Source of the DNA: a bacterium
Lineage (GTDB): Bacteria > UBA8248
DNA length: 64,000 bases
Assembly: GCA_965199855.1 (NCBI GenBank)
Contig: OZ241326.1
Coordinates: forward strand, 2,336,001 to 2,400,000
Reading direction: 5' to 3'
Position numbers and translations under genes: made by a program
In this document: piece after piece, positions 39,150 through 49,384 of the stretch
Numbering within the stretch: the stretch's first letter is position 1
Layout of the letters: the number at the start of each line of letters is the position of its first letter
Notes under the pieces: model-generated
The model's database searches: none
The model's input: the letters and a program-made list of their open reading frames with translations, nothing else
Told to the model about the DNA's origin: nothing

Positions 39150-39224
39150 GGGCCGTTAGCTCAGTGGCAGAGCGCTGCCTTCACACGGCAGAAGTCACTG
39201 GTTCAAATCCAGTACGGCCCACCA
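39150..39224 (+). tRNA. tRNA-Val (CAC)
   Basis: Acceptor stem GGGCCGT/ACGGCCC, anticodon arm CTGCC-TTCACAC-GGCAG, T loop GGTTCAAATCC, CCA end. Confidence 0.97.
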
Positions 39225-39339
39225 CAGGAATTTTATCGTTCATCTTCCCGACCGTCTCCCAAGCGAAGCGCCCTCCGCGCCGCCCCTCGCGGGCGGACGC
39301 GCCCGCGCATCCTTCCGCCGCGCTTCCAGGAAAACCGCC

Positions 39340-41892
39340 TCACATCATGCTTATCGGGTCCACGTCCACCGCCAGCTGAACGGAGGAAAACGCCGCCTGC
39401 GCGTCGAATTCGGCCGCCAGCGATTCGAGCGCCTCGCCCAGGCGCCTCGACGTCCTCGCCTTGAGAATCATGTGATGCCGCCATACGCCGCGCGCCTTGG
39501 GAACCGACGCCGGCGCGGGACCCAGGCATTCGACCTCCTCCGCTCCGGCGGCGCGCTTTTTCAGAAAGGAGGCCGTCCACTCGGCCGACTGCGCGGCCAG
39601 CCGCCCGTTTTTCGACTCGAAACGAAGCCGCGCCAAGCGTCGATACGGCGGATAGCCCATCCGCTCCCTCGCCAGAGCCTCCCGCCGGTAGAAGCCCGCG
39701 TAATCGTGCGCGCGCGCGCACTGAATCGCAAAATGATCCGGCCGGAACGTCTGGATGATGACCTCGCCCGGCAAATCGGCGCGCCCCGCCCGGCCGGCCA
39801 CCTGCGTCAGCAGCTGGAAGGTGCGCTCACTCGCCCTGAAATCCGGCAGATGAAGCCCCACGTCGGCCACGACGACGCCCACGAGCGTCAGCTTGGGGAA
39901 ATCATGTCCCTTCGCCGCCATTTGCGTTCCGATGAGGATGTCAGCCTCCCCGCTTCGCATCGCCCCGAATATCCGCTCATGCGCCCCCGCACGGCGGGTC
40001 GCGTCGCTGTCGATTCGCAGCACGCGCGCGCCCGGAAACCGCGCCTTCGCCGCCTGCTCCACGCGCTCCGTTCCGACCCCGAAATAGCCCACCCGCCCGC
40101 CGCCGCAGGAGGGACATTCACCGGGCGGACGCGCGCTGTAATCGCACCAGTGGCACTGCTCCCTTCCCCCGCCTTCCCGGTGAAACGTGAGGGGAATGGC
40201 GCAATGAGGACACTGAAGCGCCTCGCCGCAGTCGCGGCACAGGATGGTCGAGGAAAATCCGCGCCGGTTCAGAAACAGCAGCGTCTGCTCGCCTCTCGCC
40301 AGGCGATCCCGGATGGCCTCGGACAAATCGGGCGTGAGGAGCTCGGGCGCCCCGGATCGCGCGCCGGCCTCCTTTCTCAAATCCACCAGCCGCACCTTCG
40401 GCAGCGCGCCGCCCGTCGGCCGACCGGACAGTTCGCAAAGCCTGTAGCGCCCGCTTCTCGCGCTCGTATAGCTCTCGATGGAGGGCGTCGCCGAGCCCAG
40501 AACGACCGGAACGCCCAGATTCCTGGCGCGCACGATGGCGGTGTCCCGCGCGTGGTAGCGCGGCGATTCCTCCTGCTTGTAGGAGCCGTCGTGCTCCTCG
40601 TCCACCACAATCAGCCCCAGATTCGGAATCGGGGCGAAAACGGCGGACCGCGCGCCCACGACGATGGGCGCGTCTCCCTTTTTGACGCGCCGCCACGCGG
40701 CGAGACGCTCCCTGTCTGAATATGCGCTGTGCAGGCAGACCGCCAGACGGCCGAAGCGCTCCTGGAACCGCCCCAGCAGCTGAGGAGTCAGGCCGATTTC
40801 CGGCGCCAGGATCAGCGCGCCCAGACCATTGTCGAGCGCCTCCTGCGCGAGCCGCATATACACTTCCGTCTTTCCGCTGCCCGTTACGCCGTGAAAAAGG
40901 GTGACCGAAAAAATTTTCGCCCCCACGTCCCCCCTCACCGCCCGGAACGATCCCTCCTGCTCCTCCGTGAGAACGGGCAAAGCGGCGCCGCGCGCGACAG
41001 CGTCCGCCCCTCCAGACGTCCCGTTCGCCCCATCCGGCGCGAGGGCCTCCTCCACCTCGATCCATCCTTTTTTCTCCAGGGCCGCGCAGGCGGCGCGCGC
41101 GCCCCGCAAGCGGGCTTCCAGGTCTCGCAACGGCATCCGCCCGCCTTCCGTCCCGCCCAGAAGGCGCAAGACCTCCGCCTGCCGCTCCGCGCGATTCTCC
41201 AGGCGCCTCCACGCATCCCCCGAAGGCTTCCTGAGCAGACGCGCGCATCTGACCTTTCTCGGCCCGGCGCCGCCCACGGACTCGACGCTCTTCTCCACCA
41301 GACCCGCATCGAGAAGACGCGCAAGCTCCGGGCGCGTTCCCCGTCCGAACGCCGCCGCGAGAGAGGGGAGGGTTCTCGGGCGTCCGCGAAGCCCCGCCAG
41401 AATTCGCGTCCTGAGATTCCCTTTCGCCTCCGGGGATGCGAGACCGGGCAGCCCCAGGCCGCCTTCCTCGAGGGCGGCTTCGCGCCGGCCGGCCGCGCTC
41501 AGCCGATAGCGTTCCACGGTCTTCTTCTCCCGGTGGGCCGGAAGAGCGAATTTGAGAGCTTCCCCCCAGCCGCAGCAGTAATACCGCGACACCCACCTGG
41601 TGAGCTTCAGAAGCTCCGGCGTGAGCAGAGGCTCCTCGTCGATCATCTCCAGAACGGGCCGGATGGAAGCGGGCGCGACGCCCGCGGGCGGCCGCTCGCT
41701 CGGCGCGCCGAGGACGTATCCCGTCAGCTTCCTCTTTCCCAGGGGAACCAGGACGCGCAGCCCGGGCGCGAGCCGCTCCGCGAACTCCGGAGACGCGCGA
41801 TAGGTGAGCGATTCGAGATGGGGCACGCTGAGGGCGACCTCGACGTAGCGGCTTCGCGGCTCGCCCGCCTCTTTTTTGAGGGCGTATTTCAC
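39340..41892 (-). CDS. priA: Primosomal protein N'
   Basis: GVTGSGKTEVY, DEEH, CxxC clusters, QVAGRAGR, DVDP. Confidence 0.96.
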   Translation of the reverse strand: MKYALKKEAGEPRSRYVEVALSVPHLESLTYRASPEFAERLAPGLRVLVPLGKRKLTGYVLGAPSERPPAGVAPASIRPVLEMIDEEPLLTPELLKLTRWVSRYYCCGWGEALKFALPAHREKKTVERYRLSAAGRREAALEEGGLGLPGLASPEAKGNLRTRILAGLRGRPRTLPSLAAAFGRGTRPELARLLDAGLVEKSVESVGGAGPRKVRCARLLRKPSGDAWRRLENRAERQAEVLRLLGGTEGGRMPLRDLEARLRGARAACAALEKKGWIEVEEALAPDGANGTSGGADAVARGAALPVLTEEQEGSFRAVRGDVGAKIFSVTLFHGVTGSGKTEVYMRLAQEALDNGLGALILAPEIGLTPQLLGRFQERFGRLAVCLHSAYSDRERLAAWRRVKKGDAPIVVGARSAVFAPIPNLGLIVVDEEHDGSYKQEESPRYHARDTAIVRARNLGVPVVLGSATPSIESYTSARSGRYRLCELSGRPTGGALPKVRLVDLRKEAGARSGAPELLTPDLSEAIRDRLARGEQTLLFLNRRGFSSTILCRDCGEALQCPHCAIPLTFHREGGGREQCHWCDYSARPPGECPSCGGGRVGYFGVGTERVEQAAKARFPGARVLRIDSDATRRAGAHERIFGAMRSGEADILIGTQMAAKGHDFPKLTLVGVVVADVGLHLPDFRASERTFQLLTQVAGRAGRADLPGEVIIQTFRPDHFAIQCARAHDYAGFYRREALARERMGYPPYRRLARLRFESKNGRLAAQSAEWTASFLKKRAAGAEEVECLGPAPASVPKARGVWRHHMILKARTSRRLGEALESLAAEFDAQAAFSSVQLAVDVDPISMM

Positions 41893-42857
41893 GGACGGGG
41901 CGTCCCGCCGCTCAGGATGACGTCCAGATGCGCCCGGGTGAGATTCCGCCCGCTCAGGATTCCGGCGACCCGCCTGCCCCGCAAGTCCATCTTCATGGCG
42001 GCCGCCGTCGCGGCGGCGCCCGCGCCCTCGGCGATGACGCGAGCCTCCGAGACGAGCAGGCGTATGGCCTCGCAGAGCTCCTCCTCGCTCACCAGGACGA
42101 CTTCGTCCACATATCGCCGGAGCATCGAAAAGGTCAGTTCAAAGGGCGTTCTCGTGGCGAGGCCATCCGCGAAGGTGTTCGCCGCAGGCTCGGAGAGCAT
42201 CTCGCCCGCGTGAAAACTCCGGAACACGGCGGGCGCGTTCGCCGCCTGAACGCCCACGACGCGAATGCCGGGGTTCACGCTCTTGGCGACGAGGCCGGCG
42301 CCGCACGCCCCGCTCCCTCCGCCCAGGGGAACGATGATGACTTCGATCTCCGGTTCGGTCTCCAAAATTTCCAGGGTCTGGGTCGCCACGCCCGCGATGA
42401 GATGCGGCTCGTTGGCCGAGTGCACGTAGCGCATACCCCGTTCGCCGCATTGCGCCTCGCACCACTCCCTCGCCTCGTCGAAATCCTTCCCGACGAAGGC
42501 GACTTCCGCCCCCAGTCTCCTGATGGACGATATTTTATCCGGATTCGCCCCGCGCGGCGCGGCTATCAGCGCCTTGACCCCGAAAATTCTCGCGGCGTAG
42601 GCGATGGATTGGCCGTGGTTGCCGGTCGAGGCCGTGATGAGGCCCGCTCTTTTCTCCTTCGGCGAAAGTCGTGAGACGAGATTCAAGCCGCCTCGGACCT
42701 TGAACGCGCCGATGGGCTGCATGGACTCGAATTTCACGAAATACCGGCACCCCAAACGCTCCGACAGCGCCTCCACCTCGTGAAAGGGAGTGGGGCGCAG
42801 GTAGGGGGCGATGCGCTTTCGCGCCTGCAAGACGTCCTCGAACGTGGGCGCGCTCAT
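41889..42857 (-). CDS. PLP-dependent threonine/serine dehydratase family protein
   Basis: GAFKVRG, ASTGNHG, PLGGGSG. Confidence 0.9.
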   Translation of the reverse strand: MSAPTFEDVLQARKRIAPYLRPTPFHEVEALSERLGCRYFVKFESMQPIGAFKVRGGLNLVSRLSPKEKRAGLITASTGNHGQSIAYAARIFGVKALIAAPRGANPDKISSIRRLGAEVAFVGKDFDEAREWCEAQCGERGMRYVHSANEPHLIAGVATQTLEILETEPEIEVIIVPLGGGSGACGAGLVAKSVNPGIRVVGVQAANAPAVFRSFHAGEMLSEPAANTFADGLATRTPFELTFSMLRRYVDEVVLVSEEELCEAIRLLVSEARVIAEGAGAAATAAAMKMDLRGRRVAGILSGRNLTRAHLDVILSGGTPRP

Positions 42858-42968
42858 GGAGCCTCCCGGCGGCGGGCGTATCTCCGTATCCTTATAGCAA
42901 AACTTATCGCAAAATAGGCGGCGCGGGGAGCGGCCGTCTCTGATTGGCGCTCGCCGGAAGCGGGAATG

Positions 42969-42997
42969 TTGACCCGTCTTCGCGCACGGACTAGAAT
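42969..42997 (+). promoter_or_regulatory. Putative sigma70 promoter
   Basis: TTGACC-17nt-TAGAAT. Confidence 0.6.
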
Positions 42998-43042
42998 GTC
43001 CTCGCGCATGAGGCCATCACGCTGCCGTGGAGGGTTGTCGCC

Positions 43043-43372
43043 ATGAAAAGCGCCCTGGAAATCGCGATGGAGAAGACTTCCGCCATCGGGGAGGAAGCGC
43101 GTCGGGAGCTGGAAAAACTCACCCCCGGGCAAAAAAGCAGAATCGAGGAAATCAAAAAGCGCTACGAGGGAAAAATCGCCGAAAAAGACGTTCTCCACCA
43201 GCAGGAACTGTCGAAAATGACGGGGGGCGCGCCCATTGAAGCCGTAGAAGCGCAACTGGAGTCCGAGGCCAAAGAGGCGCTCGCCGCGTTTCGCCGGAAA
43301 TTCAGGGAAGACCGCGACGCGCTGGAAGCGGAGCGCGACGCGGAGATAGAAGCCATCCGAAAAGAAGGCTGA
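43043..43372 (+). CDS. Hypothetical coiled-coil protein
   Basis: MKSALEIAMEK start; GGAGG RBS; upstream promoter. Confidence 0.75.
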   Translation: MKSALEIAMEKTSAIGEEARRELEKLTPGQKSRIEEIKKRYEGKIAEKDVLHQQELSKMTGGAPIEAVEAQLESEAKEALAAFRRKFREDRDALEAERDAEIEAIRKEG

Positions 43373-43488
43373 GCGGGCGATGCGGAGCGCGCGCGCGGGC
43401 CGGGAAGCCTGCGGGAGCGCGGACGGCGCCCTCGCCGGTCGGATCATCAAACGCATGAACTTCGGGAAAGCGAACCGGGAGACGCCGG

Positions 43489-43899
43489 ATGCCTCGCTCC
43501 GTTAGGATATTCGAGAGAACCTGGCTGTGCGCCTGGCTCATCGGAATCGTCGTCGCCACGATCGTCCATCCCGGCATGGTCAGCGCGGCATCCGGCATTT
43601 TTGGCGATCTGGCGCGGCTGTTCGTCGTTTTTTTCCAGATCTTCACCTTGGGCTTCACCCTGCTGTTCGTTCTCCTCGCCTCCAGAAAACGGAACAGGAT
43701 CGCCATGCGGACCTTGATCGCCTTCTTCGGGGTGGGGCTCGTTTTCTACATCCCGCAGCTCTTCGTCATTTCCGAGGCCGGGATGCTGGGGGTACTCTCG
43801 TCCGTCCAGCTGCTGATGCAGTGCGTGGGCGTCTATTTCCTGCTAACCGAGGAGAGCCGCGACTGGTTCAACGGGACGGATCTCTATCCGGCGAACTGA
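43489..43899 (+). CDS. Hypothetical 4-TM membrane protein
   Basis: Four hydrophobic segments, C-terminal ESRDWF. Confidence 0.7.
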   Translation: MPRSVRIFERTWLCAWLIGIVVATIVHPGMVSAASGIFGDLARLFVVFFQIFTLGFTLLFVLLASRKRNRIAMRTLIAFFGVGLVFYIPQLFVISEAGMLGVLSSVQLLMQCVGVYFLLTEESRDWFNGTDLYPAN

Positions 43900-43959
43900 A
43901 AGCGCGAAGCCTCTCCGTTGAATCTCCTTAACCTTCGGCCCCGCCGCGCGCGCGGACCG

Positions 43960-44733
43960 CTAGATGTTCGAGCGGCTTTGCGAGCCGTCCACGCTCCAGC
44001 AGGCCCCATGCACCAGACTCGCCCTCGGACTCACCATGAAGACGGCCACGGCGGAGAGCTCCTCCACTCGCCCGAACCTGCCCAGGGGCATTTCCGAATC
44101 CATAAAGCCCTTCAGACCGTCGGGCGCCTCGTCCATCCGTCGCTCCCAGACCCCTCCCGGAAAGAGGATGCTGCCGGGCGCAATCGAATTCACGCGAATG
44201 TTGTCCTCCGCCGTCTGCTGGGCGAGGCCCTTGGAGAAGCTGATGAGCGCGGCCTTGGAGGCGTTGTAGGTTATCGCGCCCCTCGATTCGCGGCCATAGA
44301 TGGAGGCGACATTCAGGATGGCGCCGCCGCCCCTTTTCTTCATCTCCGGCACCGCGAGGCGCGAGAGCGTCACCGCGTGATACAGGTTGAACTCGAAGCC
44401 CTCGCGCCATTCCGCGTCCGTGATGTCGAGAAACGCCTTGGGGCTACTGCCCCCGACGTTGTTCACCAGAATATCGACGCCGCCGAACGCATCAAGCGCC
44501 CTTTGCAAGAAAACCTCGGGGACGCCCTCCCGCGTCACATCGCCGACGAAGCCCGCCGCGCGGCCGCCGTCCAGCGCGTTCAACTCGGCAAGCGCCTCGT
44601 TCAGGCGCTCCTCCCCCCGCGCGCTGATCGCCACGTGGCAACCCTCGCCGACCAAGTCCCTGGCGATGTGAAAGCCGATGCCCCGGCTGGCGCCCGAGAT
44701 CATCGCCACCTTGTCGGCGAGCATCAAATCCAT
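43960..44733 (-). CDS. SDR family oxidoreductase
   Basis: GASRGIG, NNVG, YNASK. Confidence 0.92.
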   Translation of the reverse strand: MDLMLADKVAMISGASRGIGFHIARDLVGEGCHVAISARGEERLNEALAELNALDGGRAAGFVGDVTREGVPEVFLQRALDAFGGVDILVNNVGGSSPKAFLDITDAEWREGFEFNLYHAVTLSRLAVPEMKKRGGGAILNVASIYGRESRGAITYNASKAALISFSKGLAQQTAEDNIRVNSIAPGSILFPGGVWERRMDEAPDGLKGFMDSEMPLGRFGRVEELSAVAVFMVSPRASLVHGACWSVDGSQSRSNI

Positions 44734-44792
44734 CGCTTCTCCTCCCGAGCGGAGAGGCCGAAAGCGCGCCCCTCCGCATCGCCCGACCGCCG

Positions 44793-45977
44793 CTAGACGG
44801 GTTCGTCGAGCGTCTGGGCGGCGCGCAGCAGCGTCATCGAGTCCGTTCCGTCGCCGTGCAGGAAGGTGAGGAGGTCGCGCATCATCTTCTCCGTCGGCGT
44901 CTCCTTCATGATGCCGATGCCGCCGAGAATGTCCGTGGCGAAGCGAATCGTCCTGAGCGCCACCTGATCGCTGAATACCTTCCCGTAGCGCGTGAAGCGC
45001 GTGTTGAAGCTCTCATCGTTCTCCACGCCCCAGCAAATGCGCCACATGAACTGCTCGGCCACCTCGATGTTCATCAGCATCTCGGCGAGCTGGTGCTGCA
45101 TCACCTGATGCTCGATGATGGGCTTGCCGCCCTGGACGCGCTCCTTCGCGTGCTGGAGGCAGAAATCGTAAATCCCCCGGGCGATGCCCGTGTTGCAGGC
45201 GGGAAGCTCCGCGCTGCCGCGAAACACCGTGGCGAAGGTGTGAAAGCCCCTGTTGACCTCGCCCAGGACGTCGTCCTTGTGCACGCGGACGTTGTCGTAG
45301 TAGCTCTCCGCGTTGGGATAGAGACGATAGCCGAGCTTGTCGTGCACGTTGCCGTAGGTTACGCCCTCCTGATCCCCGCGCACGAGAAAGCACGTGGTGC
45401 CCTCGTGCACCGGCGCGTCGGGGTTCGTCCGCGCGAATACCAGCAAAATCTTCGCCCAGCTCGTCAGCGAGGTGAACCGCTTCGCCCCGTTGATGACGTA
45501 GTAGTCGCCGTCCTCCACCGCCGAGGTCTTGAGGCCCAGTTTGGGGTCGGGCTGGCGGTAGAGATTGTCCGCGCCGTAGTCCGGCTCCGTCATCACGAAG
45601 GAGCCCACGCAGTCGTGATCCTCCACGAACATCCTGCCCCACTTCTCGAGCTGCGCCTCCGTCCCGCACTTGAAGAGCGCGTTCGACATCTTCCAGCACT
45701 GGCTCAGGCACTTGATGACGCCGATCTCTATCTGCGCTCCCGTCCAGAGGCACAGAGCCTTCGTCGTAGTGTCGGCGCCGATGCCGCCATGCTCCTCCGG
45801 CACCGCCATGGTGCGCAGGCCGAGCTTCGACGCCTTGTTGAGAAGCTCGCCCGGGTAGCAGTCCTTCGGGTCAGGCCGCCTGTCCATCTCCGCGGCGACG
45901 GGCGCCACCTCGCGCTCCATGAAGTCGCGGGTGAGATCGGCCAGCGCCAGCTGCTCTTCAGTGAATGGGTATTGCAT
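44793..45977 (-). CDS. Acyl-CoA dehydrogenase family protein
   Basis: MTEP, INGAKRF, RVQGGKPI, LGGIG. Confidence 0.88.
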   Translation of the reverse strand: MQYPFTEEQLALADLTRDFMEREVAPVAAEMDRRPDPKDCYPGELLNKASKLGLRTMAVPEEHGGIGADTTTKALCLWTGAQIEIGVIKCLSQCWKMSNALFKCGTEAQLEKWGRMFVEDHDCVGSFVMTEPDYGADNLYRQPDPKLGLKTSAVEDGDYYVINGAKRFTSLTSWAKILLVFARTNPDAPVHEGTTCFLVRGDQEGVTYGNVHDKLGYRLYPNAESYYDNVRVHKDDVLGEVNRGFHTFATVFRGSAELPACNTGIARGIYDFCLQHAKERVQGGKPIIEHQVMQHQLAEMLMNIEVAEQFMWRICWGVENDESFNTRFTRYGKVFSDQVALRTIRFATDILGGIGIMKETPTEKMMRDLLTFLHGDGTDSMTLLRAAQTLDEPV

Positions 45978-46162
45978 GGCTCCCCCCGAATCGGTGGACG
46001 AAAATCCCGCGCCTCAGGCCGCCGCGCCGCTTCTGGTTATCCTCTCGGCCGCATGGTGTCAACGCCCATCCGCCCGCGCGCGGCGAAAGCGGCGGGCGCC
46101 GCGGCCGCCTCCCCAGGCGGGCGATTCGGGCCGCGCGCCCTCCTCCGGGGCTTCGCGAGCCA

Positions 46163-46852
46163 TCACGCTCGGGGATAGGGGAGCGGGTCCCGTTCGCCGA
46201 TTTCCTCGAAGCCCCTTCGCCTCAGGACGCAGGCGTCGCACGCGCCGCAGGGCCGCCCGACGCCCAACGGGTCGTAGCAGGTGTGGGTGAGGGAAAAATC
46301 CACTCCCAGCTCCAGCCCCCTGCGCGCGATGTCGGATTTTCGCATCGCGCTCAGGGGCGCGTGAATCGCAAGCGGCGCGCCGCCCGCCCCCGCCTTCGTG
46401 GCCAGACGCGCCATGCGCGCGTAGGCTTCGATGTATTCGGGGCGGCAGTCGGGATAGCCCGAATAATCGAGCGCGTTCACCCCGATGAAAATGTCGCGCG
46501 CGTCCTTCACCTCGGCCAAGGCGAGGGCGTAGCTCAGAAAAATGGTGTTCCGCGCGGGCACGTAGGTGACGGGCACGCCCTCCCCGATGTCCTCGCGCTC
46601 CTTGGGAACCTCGATGTCGTCGGTGAGCGCGCTCCCGCCGATGGCGCGCATGTCGATGGGCAGCACGGCGTGGCCGGCCGCGCCGACCTGCTCCGCCACG
46701 CTCTTCGCGGCCAGAAGCTCGCACCGGTGCCTCTGCCCGTAGTCGAAGCTCAGCGCCTCGCAGAAGAATCCCTCCTGGTTCGCGATCGCCAGGGCGACGG
46801 CCGAATCCATGCCGCCGCTCAGGAGGACGACCGCCGCTCTTTTCCCGTTCAC
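46163..46852 (-). CDS. queC: 7-cyano-7-deazaguanine synthase
   Basis: SGGMDS, YGQRH, YVPARN, YPDCR, CGACDAC. Confidence 0.95.
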   Translation of the reverse strand: MNGKRAAVVLLSGGMDSAVALAIANQEGFFCEALSFDYGQRHRCELLAAKSVAEQVGAAGHAVLPIDMRAIGGSALTDDIEVPKEREDIGEGVPVTYVPARNTIFLSYALALAEVKDARDIFIGVNALDYSGYPDCRPEYIEAYARMARLATKAGAGGAPLAIHAPLSAMRKSDIARRGLELGVDFSLTHTCYDPLGVGRPCGACDACVLRRRGFEEIGERDPLPYPRA

Positions 46853-47028
46853 GCCCGGAATTCCTCCCCCGCCCCCGGTCCGGCGGAATGAACCACCCTC
46901 CCCGGGAAGTCGCTTTCAACATGCCGCCGTATCCATAGCGCGGCGTTCATATTAAAGTATGGAGGCGGCGCGCGGCAAAGAGACTCCACGAGAAGGCGCG
47001 AATCCACCGCCCGAGAAGGAGAACCCCC

Positions 47029-47430
47029 ATGACGCGGGACGAGGCGCTGGCCTTTTTGAGCGAACAGCATCACGGCGTCCTGAGCACCCTGCTCAAGGAC
47101 GGCAGGCCGCACCCCACGCCCATCGCGTTCGCCTACCGGGAAGGAGTCGCGGAATTCTCCATGACCTGGGATCGCGTGAAGGCAAGAAACCTCCAGCGCG
47201 ACCCGAGGGCGACTCTTTGCGTCCTCCCCGAGAGTAGTTTTTACCCCTATCTTTGCGCGGAAGGAGAAGCCGCGCTCATTGAGGATCCTGACGGACTCGG
47301 GAACCTCGGCCTCTACCGGCGCATCACCGGAAAGGAGCCTGACGATCGCGACGAATATCTCCGGGCGATGAAGGATGAGAAGCGGCTCGTGGCGCGGCTT
47401 CGCGTCACGCGCGTGTATCCGCTCGATTGA
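47029..47430 (+). CDS. PPOX-class (pyridoxamine oxidase-like) protein
   Basis: STLLKDGRP, KARNLQRDPR. Confidence 0.82.
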   Translation: MTRDEALAFLSEQHHGVLSTLLKDGRPHPTPIAFAYREGVAEFSMTWDRVKARNLQRDPRATLCVLPESSFYPYLCAEGEAALIEDPDGLGNLGLYRRITGKEPDDRDEYLRAMKDEKRLVARLRVTRVYPLD

Positions 47431-47614
47431 GGCGCGCTGCAAGACGGCGCGCCCGGGATAGACGGAGAGCGAAGCCCATGCGCGCGTCGCCGGCGCCTGC
47501 CCGCCCTTCACCGCGCTTTTCAGGCGACAAGGCGACGCAGGGCGCGGCCAAGGCGAGCGATCTCCGCTTCGTGCTATGTTCGGGGAAATCCATCGAACGG
47601 AGGAGGATGCTTCC

Positions 47615-47932
47615 ATGGCGGTCACCGCAATCGTTCGCTTCACGCTTCCCGAAGGCAGAACCCGCGAGGAGACGGCCGCGGCCTTCGAGAAATCCGCGCC
47701 TCTCTACAGGGACGTTCAGGGGCTGGTGCGCAAATACTATCTCGTGTCCGAGGACGCGCGCACCGGCGGCGGGGTGTATCTCTTTGAATCGCGCGCGGAC
47801 GCCGAGCGGCTCTACGACGACGCCTGGCGCGCCGGGCTGCGCGAGCGTCTGGGCGTCGAGGCGAGCGTGGAATACTTCGACTCGCCCGTCATCGTGGACA
47901 ACGAAGCGGGAGCGATCTCCACCGCGTCCTGA
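47615..47932 (+). CDS. YdhR-like monooxygenase
   Basis: GLVRKYY, GGVYLFES. Confidence 0.82.
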   Translation: MAVTAIVRFTLPEGRTREETAAAFEKSAPLYRDVQGLVRKYYLVSEDARTGGGVYLFESRADAERLYDDAWRAGLRERLGVEASVEYFDSPVIVDNEAGAISTAS

Positions 47933-48038
47933 AAGAGACCGCCCGCGCCGCAAGCATCGGCGGCGCTCGTCGATTCCATGAAAATGGGCGGGACTGCGAA
48001 AAAATCAGAAAACGGCTGACTTTCCCCACAAAACAATC

Positions 48039-48731
48039 TTACTCCTGGCCCGCCGCCGCTCTCGACAGAATCTCCCGAAAGCCCTCATACACCGCTTCGC
48101 CGAAGGCGGGCGGAGGGCGGACTTCCGTCAGTTTTCCGCCCTCTATCGTCTTCTCGGATGCGTATGGGTTATGAACGGCCTCCCCGTTCGGGAGGATCAG
48201 GGTAGGGCTGGTCATCGGCAGGCCCTCCTCGTCCCGCAGACGCATGGCTTCCCGGCAGTCGTCCATCACGCCTTCCTCGTATGCGCCCGATTCCAGGTCC
48301 GCACGCACCCTGTCGGCGTCGAGGCCTGCCTCCCCGGCGATTTCGCAAAGAACCGACTGCTCATCCACCCGCCTGCCCTCGAAGAAAAAGCCGCGCCGTA
48401 TAGCGAGGTCGAACGCGCGCGCCTTTTCCGGATCTTGCGTCCAGGCGCTCGCGCAGGCCTGAAAAGCGGGAATCGTGCTTCTCACATATTCGTCATGCGG
48501 CCAGCTTCTGCACGGGGCGAGCGGCTCCTGCACCGCCACCAGAGGCCACTCCTGATCCACGATGTGGCGAGGCGCCGGGCGGTCGTTGATGATTTCGAGG
48601 GGAAACGCGCGCCATTTGAGGCGCAGCTTCTCCCGGAAGGCGGGCATCACCCTGTCCAGCCGCGCCGCGGCCATATATGCCCAGGGTCAATGGTATTCGT
48701 GAAAAATTTCGACAACCGCCGGATTCGCCAT
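48039..48731 (-). CDS. DsbA/FrnE-like probable selenoprotein (E-Y-H-U-P-W)
   Basis: MANPAVVEIFHEYH-TGA(48689-48687)-PWAYMAA, in frame with the 211-aa ORF (WRAFPLE, TSPT); GGAGG RBS. Confidence 0.83.
48650..48686 (-). promoter_or_regulatory. SECIS-like two-stem hairpin
   Basis: Lower stem CCCTG/CAGGG, upper stem GGCCGC-GGC-GCGGCT, loop 20 nt after TGA. Confidence 0.68.
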
Positions 48732-48897
48732 ACCGCCTCCTCGCTGAGAACTTAAAAGTAACTCTTTCATCCTGACGCCCCGACGCCCCGCGCGCAACCC
48801 GCCGGGGATTCAGGCGCGCGGCCGCGGCTTCTTCCGCCGCCTTGATGCGCTCGCCGAAACGTGTGATACGATGAAGGATATTCGAGGAGACGCCCGC

Positions 48898-49314
48898 ATG
48901 AACCCCGACAGCCGGGCCATCGCCGACATTCTTTCAGCCGCCGGGACGATAGCCGTGGTCGGCCTCTCGGCCGATCCTTCCCGGACGAGCCACCGAATCG
49001 CCGCCTATCTCCAAGAGGCGGGCTACCGCGTCATTCCCGTGAACCCCAACGTCGAGCGCGTCCTCGGGGAAAAGGCGCATTCTCGCCTCGGCGAGATCGA
49101 GGAGCGCGTCGATATCGTCAACGTGTTCAGACGCTCCGGGGAAATTCCGGCCCTGGCGGACGAGGCGCTGAAAAAGCGCCCGCGCGCGTTCTGGATGCAA
49201 AAGGGCGTCTCGCATCCTGCGGCCGCGCGCCGCCTCGAGGTGGCGGGAATCGCCTCGATTCAGGACCTCTGCATCAAGGTCGCCCACCGCGGCCTCGCCC
49301 CCACCCCTCTATGA
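48898..49314 (+). CDS. CoA-binding protein (YccU-like)
   Basis: IAVVGLS, IPVNP, VDIVNVFR, WMQ.G, DLCIKV. Confidence 0.9.
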   Translation: MNPDSRAIADILSAAGTIAVVGLSADPSRTSHRIAAYLQEAGYRVIPVNPNVERVLGEKAHSRLGEIEERVDIVNVFRRSGEIPALADEALKKRPRAFWMQKGVSHPAAARRLEVAGIASIQDLCIKVAHRGLAPTPL

Positions 49315-49384
49315 GAGCGGGCCGCTGCGATTCTCCCGAAAATTTCATCGCTACGCGCTCCTGGCGCTCGCCGCGCTGACGGCG

